40,833 nucleotides of DNA from sequence record SRR33789315_114. One strand, written 5' to 3'. Positions 9,355-19,935 of this stretch are shown here, in pieces (within the stretch, counting starts at the first letter, position 1; each line of letters starts with the position of its first letter). Both the position numbers and the translations under genes were made by a program. Below the pieces are notes generated by a model. That model saw only the letters and a list, made by a program, of their open reading frames with translations, was not told where the DNA came from and searched no databases.

Positions 9355-10241
9355 CTGGAAGTTGTTATAGCTTTATTTGCTTTCGCTACACGCAAACTTT
9401 CAATAATCACTGCACTTATTATTAATAAGCCTCCTATTATGGTGCGAAAATCTGGTTTTTCGCCTAAAATAAGTATTCCCATAATAATGCCGTAAATAGG
9501 TTGCACACTACTCATGATACTTGCTGTGGTGATATTAAAATGCTTAAATGACATTAAAAATAAGGTGTGTCCTACAGAGGTTGTCAATAATCCTAGAATC
9601 AATATATGCTTCCAAGATGCTTGTAATTCTTCAGAAGAAACCCCTAAAGAAATGGGTAATAATAACGTTCCTACAATCACCATTTGATACCACATCAATA
9701 CAGAACCTTGGTAGGTGGCTACTTTCTTTTTCATAATAATGTTGCGCAGTGTATAACATAATGCCGAAAAAAGACCAAAACCTATGGCTTGTGTGTATTT
9801 ATTCTCTAAATCAAGATCTGGGACTAAAAAACCAATCCCGATCAAAACCAGAATACCTAAGTATAAATGTGTTTTCTGAAAGCGTGATTTTAGAATCAAC
9901 GGCTCTAATAAACTTGTAAACGTAGGATATGCATATAAAGTCAACATCCCAATCGCTACATTACTCAATTGCAACGCTTTAAAATAGGTAACCCAATGCA
10001 AACCCAACAATGCTCCGCCAATAAACAAAGTAAGCCTATCTTTTTTTGCTATATGAAAACTGAATTTTTTCCATTTTAAAAAAATAAAAAGAAAACAAAT
10101 AGCTAGTAATGCTCGCCAACCTATTGTTGCCGCCGCAGAAAGCGGGACAGAACGCCCCAAAACCCCCGATGTACTAATTAGAAAAACCCCAAGATTAAGT
10201 TGAAGTATATTTTTTAAATAGGAATTGTCTGTTGTACTCAA
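9351..10241 (-). CDS. DMT/EamA-family transporter
   Basis: About ten hydrophobic segments in two EamA-like halves (HWVTYFKAL; QPIYGII..LILGEKP). Confidence 0.88.
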   Translation of the reverse strand: MSTTDNSYLKNILQLNLGVFLISTSGVLGRSVPLSAAATIGWRALLAICFLFIFLKWKKFSFHIAKKDRLTLFIGGALLGLHWVTYFKALQLSNVAIGMLTLYAYPTFTSLLEPLILKSRFQKTHLYLGILVLIGIGFLVPDLDLENKYTQAIGFGLFSALCYTLRNIIMKKKVATYQGSVLMWYQMVIVGTLLLPISLGVSSEELQASWKHILILGLLTTSVGHTLFLMSFKHFNITTASIMSSVQPIYGIIMGILILGEKPDFRTIIGGLLIISAVIIESLRVAKANKAITTSS

Positions 10242-11093
10242 CTAGTCTTTTTCTTTTGAATTTCTTTTATTAATCTTGTCCCAAGCTTTACGGGTTATAC
10301 AAAACAAATTGTTGTCTTGCATATTATAAACACTTACATATTTTTTACTAATCACAACACATTGATTCCACTCTACAAAATCTTTATAAAGCAGTAATGT
10401 GCAAATATCTGTACCTGAAATAATAGGATATTCTGTAATAATATGGCTATGGGTTATACTTTCTAGTTTAGCATCTTCTCCTTTATATGGGAAGGCTAGA
10501 AGGGTTTTGTGTATAGGTGAAACTGAAACTAATTTATCCTTTTTATCAAATTCATATTTGTAATCATTTCCCAACAATACTTGGTCGCCAACAGTAGCTC
10601 CAGTAAGACTATATACTGTAATTGTGTTATTGTCAATTAGAGGAATGTAATTATAATTGGTGTTTTCATAAAATTTAAAAATACTGTCCTTATTTTCAAT
10701 ACTTACCTGCCGTGCGGTTTCTCTAGCATTAATCAATCTATTTTCTATCGCTGAAGGTTTTCTACCCGTAGAATCTATTACATATTTGTCCTTGAATATC
10801 AAAATATCATCGTAATCCACTTGGTACATCACGTTTTTATCCTGTGTGTTATCATAGTAAATGGCTCGTGTAATTTCACCTTGTGTATAAGAGAGATATC
10901 CTCCAAAAATATCGCCCTTTTGTTCTAAACTGGGTAATAATAGATCTGTAGAACTCCAAGAAGCAAGCTCTGATTGGTATAATTTCATTGCAAGTTCTTG
11001 GGTACGCGCCTTCAGTTTTTTAATATTTTGTGCACTGATAGGTACTGATAAAAAAGAACCCATTATTAATGTGAGTAAAATGTGTTTTCTCAT
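10242..11093 (-). CDS. Hypothetical exported protein
   Basis: 283-aa ORF with a Sec-type signal peptide, tightly packed between co-oriented neighbours. Confidence 0.75.
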   Translation of the reverse strand: MRKHILLTLIMGSFLSVPISAQNIKKLKARTQELAMKLYQSELASWSSTDLLLPSLEQKGDIFGGYLSYTQGEITRAIYYDNTQDKNVMYQVDYDDILIFKDKYVIDSTGRKPSAIENRLINARETARQVSIENKDSIFKFYENTNYNYIPLIDNNTITVYSLTGATVGDQVLLGNDYKYEFDKKDKLVSVSPIHKTLLAFPYKGEDAKLESITHSHIITEYPIISGTDICTLLLYKDFVEWNQCVVISKKYVSVYNMQDNNLFCITRKAWDKINKRNSKEKD

Positions 11094-11094
11094 A

Positions 11095-12657
11095 TTAGCG
11101 ATTTAATAACTTGGCTTTATCTAAAATTATCTGCCTTACAGGTCTATTTTCTATACGACTGTCTAACCATGATAAAATATCCAGATATAAAAATGCCCTA
11201 CGTTCATACGGGTCGTCCTCATAAACCTCTAAGCGTTTTCTAAGCTTCTTAAATTCATTTTTAATTTCAGACGGGTAAATTTCGCCTAAATTTCTTAAAA
11301 ATTTAATCATCTCCTTTTGCACTTCGTGCAGATCATTCATCTTGATCAAAAACTTAAAGGTACTTTTTAATAAAGAGTCCAGATGATAATCTAATCCCGC
11401 TTCATAATGTGCAACCAAATTTAAAATACGTGCAAAACACATCAAATCTTCATTAGTCGTTAAGGAGTTACTATTGATGATTTTTTCCATATAGGTAATG
11501 CACTTTTTGTTCTCTCCTGCACCAAAATAAAGACATCCAATTTTATAGTACAAGACCATAATGTGATGAGGATCAATACGATTACCTAACAATTTTATCT
11601 TTTGTAATATTTCTTCAACTAATAAATCATCTGTAGAAAAATCACCAATTAAAAACTTATAATTCAGTTTATTACTATAGATATATAAAAACTCTAAGGT
11701 ACTTAAATTGTCTCCTGACGGAAACAAATCAGATTCTACTGTTTCCTGTAAATCTGCGAGTACTTCCTTAAATTTAGTGCTGTGTTTTAAGAAAAATAGA
11801 GATTCTAATAAATAATTACTTCCCTTTAAATAGAACACGGGATTATGCGTGAGCATATTGGGATAGTCCTTGAAAAGGTCTAAATAGCGTGTTGCATAAC
11901 GATAACAGGATAGAAAATCCTGAATTAAAAAACTATACCACAAATAGGCTTTGTACAACCATAACTTTTCGTGAAAACCCATTTTATCCAGTTCGTATGC
12001 TGGCAGATTTTTATCAAAGAAATGAGTGATTTGTCTTTTCTCTGCATCACTGCGCACATACCCCATTTTAAGCATAAAACCGTACAACCTAAGCGACAAA
12101 TTACTCAGTTTACTGGCCAGCATATTTTGCTCACTTAAGGCTTCGGCTTCCAGTGTAAGCTCCTCTGCTCTCGTGCTTATACTTCTAGTAATGTACTGCG
12201 ATTCAATTACTTTCTCAAATTCAACAATCTCGTAAGCAACATTGGTCTCATCATTTTCTAAAGCCATTTGCTTGGCTTTATCTAATAATTTAAGACTCTG
12301 CTTATACAATCCTTTTTGATATAACACGGTAGCAAAATCGAGTTGTTCCCGTATTTGAACTCTAATATTTTGATGTATAGGACTCAGTCTCAAGCTGATG
12401 AGCAATTGTTTATAAAGATGCGCTTTGAGGTTACTTAATTGCTGTTTTTTTACGATTCCTTTCTCAAGAATGAGATTTTCATCGTAGATTTTCATTTTTT
12501 CTAGCAGGTCAAATAATTGTAAATACTTAGAATCAGTATTTCCTTCAAGGCGACCTGTGTAAAGTTTAAATTGTCTCTTTTCTGACTTGGAAAGCGATTT
12601 TACTAAAATAAAAAGAGGATCTTTCGCTCCATTTGCCGTTGTAATGATTTTGCGCAT
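11095..12657 (-). CDS. Conserved hypothetical all-helical (TPR-like) protein
   Basis: 520-aa ORF; N-terminal LFILVKSLSKSEKRQFKLY motif recalled from a Bacteroidota family of unknown function; helical amphipathic pattern. Confidence 0.75.
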   Translation of the reverse strand: MRKIITTANGAKDPLFILVKSLSKSEKRQFKLYTGRLEGNTDSKYLQLFDLLEKMKIYDENLILEKGIVKKQQLSNLKAHLYKQLLISLRLSPIHQNIRVQIREQLDFATVLYQKGLYKQSLKLLDKAKQMALENDETNVAYEIVEFEKVIESQYITRSISTRAEELTLEAEALSEQNMLASKLSNLSLRLYGFMLKMGYVRSDAEKRQITHFFDKNLPAYELDKMGFHEKLWLYKAYLWYSFLIQDFLSCYRYATRYLDLFKDYPNMLTHNPVFYLKGSNYLLESLFFLKHSTKFKEVLADLQETVESDLFPSGDNLSTLEFLYIYSNKLNYKFLIGDFSTDDLLVEEILQKIKLLGNRIDPHHIMVLYYKIGCLYFGAGENKKCITYMEKIINSNSLTTNEDLMCFARILNLVAHYEAGLDYHLDSLLKSTFKFLIKMNDLHEVQKEMIKFLRNLGEIYPSEIKNEFKKLRKRLEVYEDDPYERRAFLYLDILSWLDSRIENRPVRQIILDKAKLLNR

Positions 12658-12784
12658 AAAACTCTATTATTCAGCTTTTTAATAATGACAAAAAAAGCTT
12701 TAACTTCGTAAGGTTTTTCATTTTGTAATACCCAAATTTACAACCAATATCTATATTCGAATTAAATTACGAGAATTAATAATT

Positions 12785-13957
12785 ATGAGCGACAGCTACG
12801 TCCAAATATTTGATACCACCTTGCGTGATGGAGAACAGGTTCCAGGTTGCAAATTAGACAAGCAACAAAAACTAGTGATAGCAAGGCGACTCGATGAACT
12901 GGGTGTTGATATAATTGAAGCCGGTTTCCCCGTTTCTAGCCCAGGTGATTTTAGTTCTGTTCAGGCTATTGCCGAAATTGTAAAAAACGCCACCGTTTGT
13001 GGTTTGACACGGGCGGTTAAAAAAGATATCGAGGTTGCGGCAGAAGCCTTAAAAAAAGCCGTTAGACCCAGAATACATACCGGTATTGGCACCAGTGATT
13101 CCCATATTCAATTTAAATTTAACTCTAATAGAGAGGCTATAATCGAGCGTGCAAAAATGGCCGTCGCTTATGCTAAGAAATTTGTTGAAGATGTAGAGTT
13201 TTATGCCGAAGATGCGGGACGTACAGATAATGAATATCTAGCACGTGTGTGTGAAGCTGCAATAGCTTCGGGTGCTACCGTTTTAAATATTCCAGATACA
13301 ACAGGTTATTGCCTTCCAGAAGAATATGGGGCTAAAATTAAATACCTGAAAGAGAATGTAAAAGGCATTCATAAAGCGGTATTGTCTTGTCATTGCCACA
13401 ATGATTTAGGTTTGGCTACGGCAAACTCTATTGCTGGTGTAATGAATGGTGCCCGACAAATTGAGTGTACTATAAATGGTATAGGAGAACGTGCTGGGAA
13501 TACTTCACTAGAAGAAGTGGTGATGATTTTGCGTCAACATCCACATTTAAATCTGGATACACGCATCAATTCCAGATTGCTTTACGACACCAGTAGAATG
13601 GTGAGTGAGAAAATGGGAATGCCAGTACAACCTAACAAAGCCATTGTAGGTTCTAATGCCTTTGCGCACAGCTCGGGTATTCATCAAGACGGTGTAATAA
13701 AAAACAGAGAAACTTACGAAATCATCGATCCCGCAGATGTGGGCGTAACCGAAAGTGCAATTGTACTTACCGCGCGTAGTGGTCGTGCAGCACTCGCCTA
13801 CCGTTCTAAAAAAGTAGGCTACGAATTGACTAAAAACCAACTAGATGTGGTTTATGAAAAATTCTTGAGTTTTGCAGATGAAAAGAAAGAGGTCGTGGAT
13901 GATGATATTCACGAAATCATGAAAATTACAAAGATTCATAAAGCAGCTTTAGCATAA
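12785..13957 (+). CDS. leuA: 2-isopropylmalate synthase (short form, no C-terminal regulatory domain)
   Basis: [39 protein letters not shown] and [20 protein letters not shown]; 390 aa. Confidence 0.93.
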   Translation: MSDSYVQIFDTTLRDGEQVPGCKLDKQQKLVIARRLDELGVDIIEAGFPVSSPGDFSSVQAIAEIVKNATVCGLTRAVKKDIEVAAEALKKAVRPRIHTGIGTSDSHIQFKFNSNREAIIERAKMAVAYAKKFVEDVEFYAEDAGRTDNEYLARVCEAAIASGATVLNIPDTTGYCLPEEYGAKIKYLKENVKGIHKAVLSCHCHNDLGLATANSIAGVMNGARQIECTINGIGERAGNTSLEEVVMILRQHPHLNLDTRINSRLLYDTSRMVSEKMGMPVQPNKAIVGSNAFAHSSGIHQDGVIKNRETYEIIDPADVGVTESAIVLTARSGRAALAYRSKKVGYELTKNQLDVVYEKFLSFADEKKEVVDDDIHEIMKITKIHKAALA

Positions 13958-13960
13958 GTT

Positions 13961-15346
13961 ATGGCAGGAAAGACATTATTTGACAAAGTTTGGGATGCAC
14001 ACGTGGTAGACACGGTTCCAGACGGTCCACAGATATTATATATTGACAAGCATTTAATCCACGAGGTAACCAGTCCGCAAGCCTTTGCAGAACTCGAAGA
14101 ACGTGGGATTCCTGTTGCACGCCCAAATCAGATTGTTGCAACGGCAGACCACAATACCCCAACCGTAGATCAACATTTACCGGTTAGAGATGCGCTTTCG
14201 CGTAATCAATTAAAAAAACTTTCAGAAAACTGTGAGAAACATGACATTACCTTATATGCCTTAGGTCATAAATACAACGGGATTGTACACGTTATGGCGC
14301 CAGAATTAGGCATTACCCAACCGGGAATGACGATGGTTTGCGGCGATAGTCACACGTCTACACACGGTGCTTTTGGCACGATTGCCTTCGGAATAGGAAC
14401 CAGTCAAGTAGCGCAGGTTTTTGCAAGTCAAAGTTTATTATTGACTAAACCGAAAAAATTAAGGGTTAGTGTAAGCGGAAAATTAAAACCAGGCGTATTA
14501 CCCAAAGATGTCATTCTCTATATCATTTCAAAACTAGGAACAAATGCTGGCACAGGATACTTCTGTGAATATGCCGGAAATGTTTTCGCAGAAATGAGTA
14601 TGGAAGGTCGTATGACCGTTTGTAATATGAGTATTGAAATGGGTGCCCGAGGCGGAATGATTGCTCCTGACAACACCACGTTTGAATATGTGAAAGGCAA
14701 AAAATTTGCTCCAACAGGAACAGAATGGGATAGTAAACTAGCCTATTGGAAAACCCTTCCTACAGATGCAGATGCCGTTTTTGATAAAGAATATTTCTTT
14801 GAGGCCGAAGATATCGCTCCTATGCTTACCTACGGTACCAATCCGGGAATGGGCATCAAAGTAACCGGAAGAATTCCAGATAGAAAGGATGAAAACCTGG
14901 AGAAGTCTTTAAATTATATGGGCTTTAAAAAAGGAGCTCAACTTATAGATACACCTATAAATTATGTCTTTATAGGAAGCTGTACCAATAGCCGAATAGA
15001 AGATTTTAGAGTGGCTGCATCTTATGTAAAAGGCAAACAAAAAGCAGCTAACGTAAATGCGTGGCTCGTGCCAGGATCACAACAAGTAGCACTACAATTG
15101 CAAGAAGAAGGTTTGGACAAAATCTTTACCGAAGCCGGTTTTGCATTACGCCAACCCGGTTGTTCTGCTTGTCTGGCGATGAACGATGATAAAATACCTG
15201 AAGGAGAATATTGTGTCTCAACCTCTAACCGAAACTTTGAAGGAAGACAAGGTCAAGGTGCACGTACCATACTAGCCAGCCCGTTAATGGCTGCAGCAAC
15301 GGCAGTCGCCGGAAAAATAACAGATATATCTAAACAACTCAACTAG
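13961..15346 (+). CDS. leuC: 3-isopropylmalate dehydratase large subunit
   Basis: [43 protein letters not shown] and [12 protein letters not shown]. Confidence 0.97.
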   Translation: MAGKTLFDKVWDAHVVDTVPDGPQILYIDKHLIHEVTSPQAFAELEERGIPVARPNQIVATADHNTPTVDQHLPVRDALSRNQLKKLSENCEKHDITLYALGHKYNGIVHVMAPELGITQPGMTMVCGDSHTSTHGAFGTIAFGIGTSQVAQVFASQSLLLTKPKKLRVSVSGKLKPGVLPKDVILYIISKLGTNAGTGYFCEYAGNVFAEMSMEGRMTVCNMSIEMGARGGMIAPDNTTFEYVKGKKFAPTGTEWDSKLAYWKTLPTDADAVFDKEYFFEAEDIAPMLTYGTNPGMGIKVTGRIPDRKDENLEKSLNYMGFKKGAQLIDTPINYVFIGSCTNSRIEDFRVAASYVKGKQKAANVNAWLVPGSQQVALQLQEEGLDKIFTEAGFALRQPGCSACLAMNDDKIPEGEYCVSTSNRNFEGRQGQGARTILASPLMAAATAVAGKITDISKQLN

Positions 15347-15943
15347 ATGGAGAAGTTTATAAAATTTACAGATACGGCAGTACCCTTGCCTATTGAAAAT
15401 ATTGACACAGACCAGATCATTCCTGCACGCTTTTTAAAAGCGACAGATAAACAAGGTTTTGGGGATAATGTCTTTCGCGATTGGCGTTACAATAAAGACG
15501 GTACAGAAAACGATGATTTTGTGCTAAACGATAAAACATACCAAGGCGCCATTCTAGTAGCTGGTAATAACTTTGGGTGTGGTTCTAGTAGAGAACACGC
15601 CGCGTGGGCACTAGGTGGTTATGGTTTTAAAGTTGTTGTTAGTAGCTTTTTTGCAGATATATTTAAAGGGAATGCGTTGAATAACGGCATATTACCCATT
15701 CAGGTTACACCCGCTTATTTAAAAGAAACAATTGCTGCAATTGAGATAAATCCAATAACAAAATTAACAGTCAATTTAGAAGAGCAAACCTTATCTTCGC
15801 CAGCAGGAACGGTCGCTTTTGAGATCGATCCGTATAAAAAAGTATGTATGATAAATGGCTATGATGATATTGACTTTTTGATTAGCAAAAAGGCTGAAAT
15901 CGAAGCCTTTGAACAGAAAAGACAGGCTCAAGTAGAAGCTTAA
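15347..15943 (+). CDS. leuD: 3-isopropylmalate dehydratase small subunit
   Basis: [28 protein letters not shown] and [13 protein letters not shown]. Confidence 0.97.
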   Translation: MEKFIKFTDTAVPLPIENIDTDQIIPARFLKATDKQGFGDNVFRDWRYNKDGTENDDFVLNDKTYQGAILVAGNNFGCGSSREHAAWALGGYGFKVVVSSFFADIFKGNALNNGILPIQVTPAYLKETIAAIEINPITKLTVNLEEQTLSSPAGTVAFEIDPYKKVCMINGYDDIDFLISKKAEIEAFEQKRQAQVEA

Positions 15944-15966
15944 TCAAAATATTTGTCTAAATTTAT

Positions 15967-15995
15967 ATGGGGATTGCCTTAATGGCTTTCCCCAT
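15967..15995 (+). other. Intercistronic hairpin between leuD and leuB
   Basis: ATGGGGA/TCCCCAT stem plus GCC/GGC closing a 5-nt loop. No U-tract, so more likely a stability element than a terminator. Confidence 0.35.
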
Positions 15996-16016
15996 TCCTA
16001 TTATAAAAAAGTCGTT

Positions 16017-17132
16017 ATGAAATTTAATATAGCCCTATTAGCAGGTGATGGAATTGGTCCTGAAGTCACCGTTCAAGCTGTTAAAGCACTTGATGCCATT
16101 GCAGATATTTACGACCATACCTTTACCTATACAAAAGCGCTTGTAGGTGCTTGCGCCATAGACAAGACCGGAAATCCGTTACCGGAAGAAACCTTAGATG
16201 TTTGTGAAGAAAGTGACGCTATCCTTTTTGGCGCTATAGGTCACCCAAAATATGATAATGATCCCTCAGCAAAGGTGCGCCCCGAGCAAGGTTTGTTGCG
16301 TTTGCGTAAATCCTTAGGCTTGTTTTGTAACATTAGACCGGTAAAAGCTTACGAACGTTTACTGGATAAATCTCCGCTAAAAAGAGAGATTATTACTGGA
16401 ACAGATATTTCTATCTATAGAGAATTAACTGGCGGTATTTATTTTGGCGAAAAGCACCTCAGTGAAGACGGCCAAGTCGCTAGCGATGGTTGCTCCTACT
16501 CTGTTGAAGAAATTTCTAGAATTGCACACCTTGCCTTTAAAGAAGCCCAAAACCGAAGAAATAAGCTAACCCTGGTAGACAAAGCAAACGTGCTGGAAAC
16601 TTCGCGTCTGTGGCGCAAGACTGTTACCCAGATTGCAAAAGACTATCCAGATGTTGCGCTTGACTTCTTATTTGTAGATAACGCAGCGATGCAAATGATC
16701 TTAAACCCCAGCCAGTTTGATGTGATCCTTACCGAAAATCTTTTTGGTGATATCATTTCAGATGAAGCCAGTGTAATAGGTGGCTCGATCGGGTTATTGG
16801 CTTCGGCTTCTGTAGGTACCGGAAATGCGCTTTTTGAGCCTATTCACGGCTCTTTCCCACAAGCAACCGGAAAAGATATCGCAAACCCGCTAGCCTCTAT
16901 CCTATCTGCTGCTATGCTCTTGCGCCATTTGGGACTTAATGCAGAAGCAGATACGGTGGAAACTGCCGTAGAAAAATCATTAGAATTAGGTATCACCACG
17001 GGTGATATCAATCCAGAAAATCCTTTCCCAACCTCAAAAGTGGGTGATTTTATCGCAGATTATATCACCCATCCTGAAGATACCAATGTAAATTTTAAAA
17101 ACATTCATATGGGGCAAAGCACTATTATCTAG
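16017..17132 (+). CDS. leuB: 3-isopropylmalate dehydrogenase
   Basis: GDGIGPEV, RPEQGLLRLRK, RELTGGIYFG, DKANVLETSRLWR, NLFGDIISDEAS and EPIHGS. Confidence 0.97.
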   Translation: MKFNIALLAGDGIGPEVTVQAVKALDAIADIYDHTFTYTKALVGACAIDKTGNPLPEETLDVCEESDAILFGAIGHPKYDNDPSAKVRPEQGLLRLRKSLGLFCNIRPVKAYERLLDKSPLKREIITGTDISIYRELTGGIYFGEKHLSEDGQVASDGCSYSVEEISRIAHLAFKEAQNRRNKLTLVDKANVLETSRLWRKTVTQIAKDYPDVALDFLFVDNAAMQMILNPSQFDVILTENLFGDIISDEASVIGGSIGLLASASVGTGNALFEPIHGSFPQATGKDIANPLASILSAAMLLRHLGLNAEADTVETAVEKSLELGITTGDINPENPFPTSKVGDFIADYITHPEDTNVNFKNIHMGQSTII

Positions 17133-17155
17133 GTATTTGCTTTTTTCATAATTAT

Positions 17156-17190
17156 ATAAAAACACCCACATCTGGGTGTTTTTATGTTTT
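17156..17190 (+). terminator. Intrinsic terminator after leuB (probably bidirectional)
   Basis: ATAAAAACACCCA-catc-TGGGTGTTTTTAT perfect stem followed by GTTTT. Confidence 0.8.
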
Positions 17191-17290
17191 AATAGCTCTT
17201 GTCTTTTTAGAACTAGACCGGTTCTGGGGAAGAATTATGTATTTTTAGCGAAGAGGTGCTAGATGAAATAGTTAGCACACATATGAGAAA

Positions 17291-17869
17291 ATGATGACGT
17301 TTATAAAAAAATACTATTCAGAAATTATTCTTGGAATTATATTCATAATTTATTTCAGCTGAATAATTGAAAACGTGGAAATCTATGGCATTGGAATTGG
17401 TGCTTTATCAATTGCATATGGAATTTATGATAAAATCAAAAATAGAAGTAAAACAAAAAGTGGAAATATACTTTTTCTTAAAACAAATAATCACCAATAC
17501 CGGAAAACATCAAAACTGATACTCGGAATTATAGCAATAATTGGCTCTGTAATTGGAATTGTATATATGGATTATGAAAAAACTTTTTTTACAGTTCTTG
17601 TAATTCTTGGATTTCTCTTACTGATTTCCAGTTTGCTTTCTGAAAACAGTTTGTTTATCGAAATTATGGACGAAAGATTACGGTTTGAAAATAATATTGA
17701 TTTGGCTTTAAATAATATTTCGTCAATAAATCTGACCGAATCTGAAATAATTTTTAATCAAGCTAATAGTTTAAATTCAAGAATTTCATTTTTGGATAAT
17801 GACCAAGACAGAATTGAACAAATAAAAGAGTTTTTTAGAAAGCACATTAATGAAATAAAAATTGAATAA
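17291..17869 (+). pseudogene. Membrane protein of unknown function with an in-frame TGA
   Basis: ATG at 17291 is in frame with the 17375 ORF. It reads MMTFIKKYYSEIILGIIFIIYFS*IIENVEIYGIG with TGA at 17360-62 inside a TM hairpin. Confidence 0.7.
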
Positions 17870-17873
17870 ATAC

Positions 17874-17975
17874 GTGTGCTAACACCGTATAAAATTAATT
17901 GCTTGTTCTAGCCTGTTTACCAGCCCCGATCCTTAGGGCTCGGGTGTTTATTTTGACAGTTTTTTTGCTACCAAC
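17874..17975 (+). repeat. Intergenic cassette-associated element, copy 1 (attC-like left end GTGTGCTAAC plus internal hairpin)
   Basis: Starts 4 nt after the stop codon. GTGTGCTAAC is the reverse complement of GTTAGCACAC at 17271-80. Internal hairpin CCCGATCCTTAGGGCTCGGG. Confidence 0.55.
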
Positions 17976-17994
17976 AATATTGACACCATCGATT

Positions 17995-18645
17995 ATGAAA
18001 AAAAATTATCTTCTGATTTTACTGGTTATTATGCTGTCTTGCAAACAACAGCCAAATAAAAAATATGCTGATAACTTAAAAGAATGCCTAACTTCTGAAG
18101 ATGTGAAAAATCTAAATATAGCAACTTATTTATTTGAACAAAAACTAGAAGAGTTTTATGAAAACTCAGATAACAATACTAATTTTATTACCTATCTAAA
18201 TCAAACAAGCTCAATCCAACCACAATCAAACTTTACCTTAGATTTTTACCTAAATGATAAATCGGTAGAAATGGTTAAAATTTTGAAGGATAAAGGAACA
18301 TTTGATAAAATCTGAACGGAATTTGTCGAAGATGATGACGAAGAGGAAATATACATTGTCGCTCTTTTAGGAGATCAAGAACCGCAAGAAAAAAAGCTTA
18401 AGATTTATATCTTAAATCCCAAGGGCGAATATTTAAAATGCATAAATAGAATATCCGACAATATTGGAATTAAAGAAGTGCTAAATTCTCAATCAGAATA
18501 TGGAGATATTTCATCTTCTATTGTTGCCAGTACTATGGTAAATAAAATGAAAAAAAAGGATTTCAATAACGGATTAAATAAAGTTATAGTAGCAATAGGG
18601 TTTTATTACAATATGGTAAATTTATTAAACGAAAATCCACGATGA
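17995..18645 (+). pseudogene. Lipoprotein of unknown function with an in-frame TGA
   Basis: MKKNYLLILLVIMLSC lipobox from ATG 17995. After TGA at 18313-15 (FDKI*TEF) the same frame stays open for about 110 codons to TGA at 18645. Confidence 0.75.
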
Positions 18646-18752
18646 ATAAAATACTGTGGGCACACTAGCTATAAACCACAGTTCCTTCCCTGCTCATTTC
18701 AGAAACCCAAAGTTTCTTTTTGCTATCTTAGTAACAAGTAAAGCTACTGGCA
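18646..18752 (+). repeat. Degenerate intergenic element, copy 2
   Basis: TATAAACCACAGTTCCTTCCCTGCTCATTTCAGAAACC...GCTATCTTAG aligns by eye with copies at about 19830 and 22655. Confidence 0.5.
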
Positions 18753-19320
18753 ATGCACAAAATCAGAGAATATTTTGAACAACTCGTTAATATAAATAAT
18801 AGCTATTGGGAACTATTCTCTTCCAAACTCCTAAAAAGTGAATATCCAAAAAAGACAACACTATTAAAAATTGGTCAAACAGAAAAGCATTTATCTTTAA
18901 TAGAAAAAGGCGCTATCCGATTTTTTATTCCAAAAATTGACAACGACTTGACTTTCGTATTTTGTTTTGAAAACCAATTTGTAAGTGCCTACGATTCGTT
19001 TTTGACCCAAAAACCTTGTGATTACCAACTGGAGACGCTGACCAAAACCACACTCTGGCGTATTTCGCATAAAAACCTCTAAGAAATCTATGCCCATTCA
19101 GAAGTAGGCAATACCATAGGCAGATTGACTGCCAAAAACCTCTTTTTGATAAAATCAGCTAGGGAACAATCGCTTTTTAAACGAAACAGCTGAAGAAAGA
19201 TATTTGTCTCTTTTCGAAAAACTCCCCAACTTGATTAAGGAAATACCTCTAAAATATATTGCATCCTACATAGGGATAACACCACAAGCACTCAGTCGAA
19301 TACGAAAGCGCATTTCTTAA
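18753..19320 (+). pseudogene. Crp/Fnr-family transcriptional regulator (nonsense plus frameshift)
   Basis: cNMP-binding-domain-like N-terminus (IEKGAIRFF, FCFENQFVSAYDSFL). TAA at 19080-82, then a shift in the T-run near 19175 restores ETAEERYL...[25 protein letters not shown]. Confidence 0.88.
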
Positions 19321-19371
19321 CTTGGGTTCATTGCTGGCCGTTTGTTATTTGACCAACTTTGCAAACAAAAG

Positions 19372-19796
19372 ATGAAACCTTTACTTGTTTTAATTAGTGC
19401 TTTCTTAATTGCAGGCTTCTCCATAAAGTTAATAAATGGAAGTTTTAATTTTCCGCTCTCTGTCAGAATAGGAATGACCATAATGTTGCTTTTTACGGCA
19501 ATGGGACATTTTATATTCACAAACGGAATGGAAATGATGATTCCCAATTTTTTACCCTTTAAAAAAGAACTTGTGTACTTTACTGCTATCATTGAAATTG
19601 TTGGAGCATTAGGACTACATATTCCACAATTGCGAGTGATGACCGCTTGGCTCTTGATGGTGTTCTTCATCTTAATTTTACCAGCAAACATAAAAGCATC
19701 GATTAAAAAATTGGACTGACATATTTATATTTTAGAATCCCACTTCAAATACTATTTGGTGCTTGGGTCTATTTTTCTTCAATTAAGTTTTCTTGA
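19372..19796 (+). pseudogene. DoxX-like membrane protein with an internal frameshifting deletion
   Basis: MLLFTAMGHF, MIPNFLP, LVYFTAIIEI and ILPANI. The expected tail GLTYLYFRIPLQILFGAWVY lies in another frame after 19713. Confidence 0.8.
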
Positions 19797-19827
19797 AAAT
19801 TCGTAAAGAATACATCGGGCAGAATTC

Positions 19828-19892
19828 TAGTTGCTAACATGAGTTATAAGCCATAGCTTTTTCCTGCTCATTTTACTATCTTAGATGAGAAA
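19828..19892 (+). repeat. Degenerate intergenic element, copy 3
   Basis: GTTGCTAAC followed by TATAAGCCATAGCTTTTTCCTGCTCATTTT-ACTATCTTAG; central hairpin missing. Confidence 0.5.
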
Positions 19893-19935
19893 ATCAAGAT
19901 CCTGTTAGTTATGCAGGTATACCATGTTTAGATAA

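Noticed and set aside
17899-17994. TTG-initiated N-terminal extension of the 17899 ORF
   Set aside because: It runs through the intergenic repeat element; ATG 17995 gives a clean lipoprotein signal.
17360-18315. TGA-to-Trp recoding suggested by two consecutive genes with a single in-frame TGA
   Set aside because: Neighbouring genes are broken by TAA stops and indels, TGG is used normally, and TGA terminates intact genes such as the radical SAM gene. Simple TGG>TGA decay explains it.
18753-19320. Crp/Fnr protein as the cAMP receptor of the cyclase locus
   Set aside because: It is a pseudogene 15 kb away, in a separate array and paired with its own DoxX-like target.
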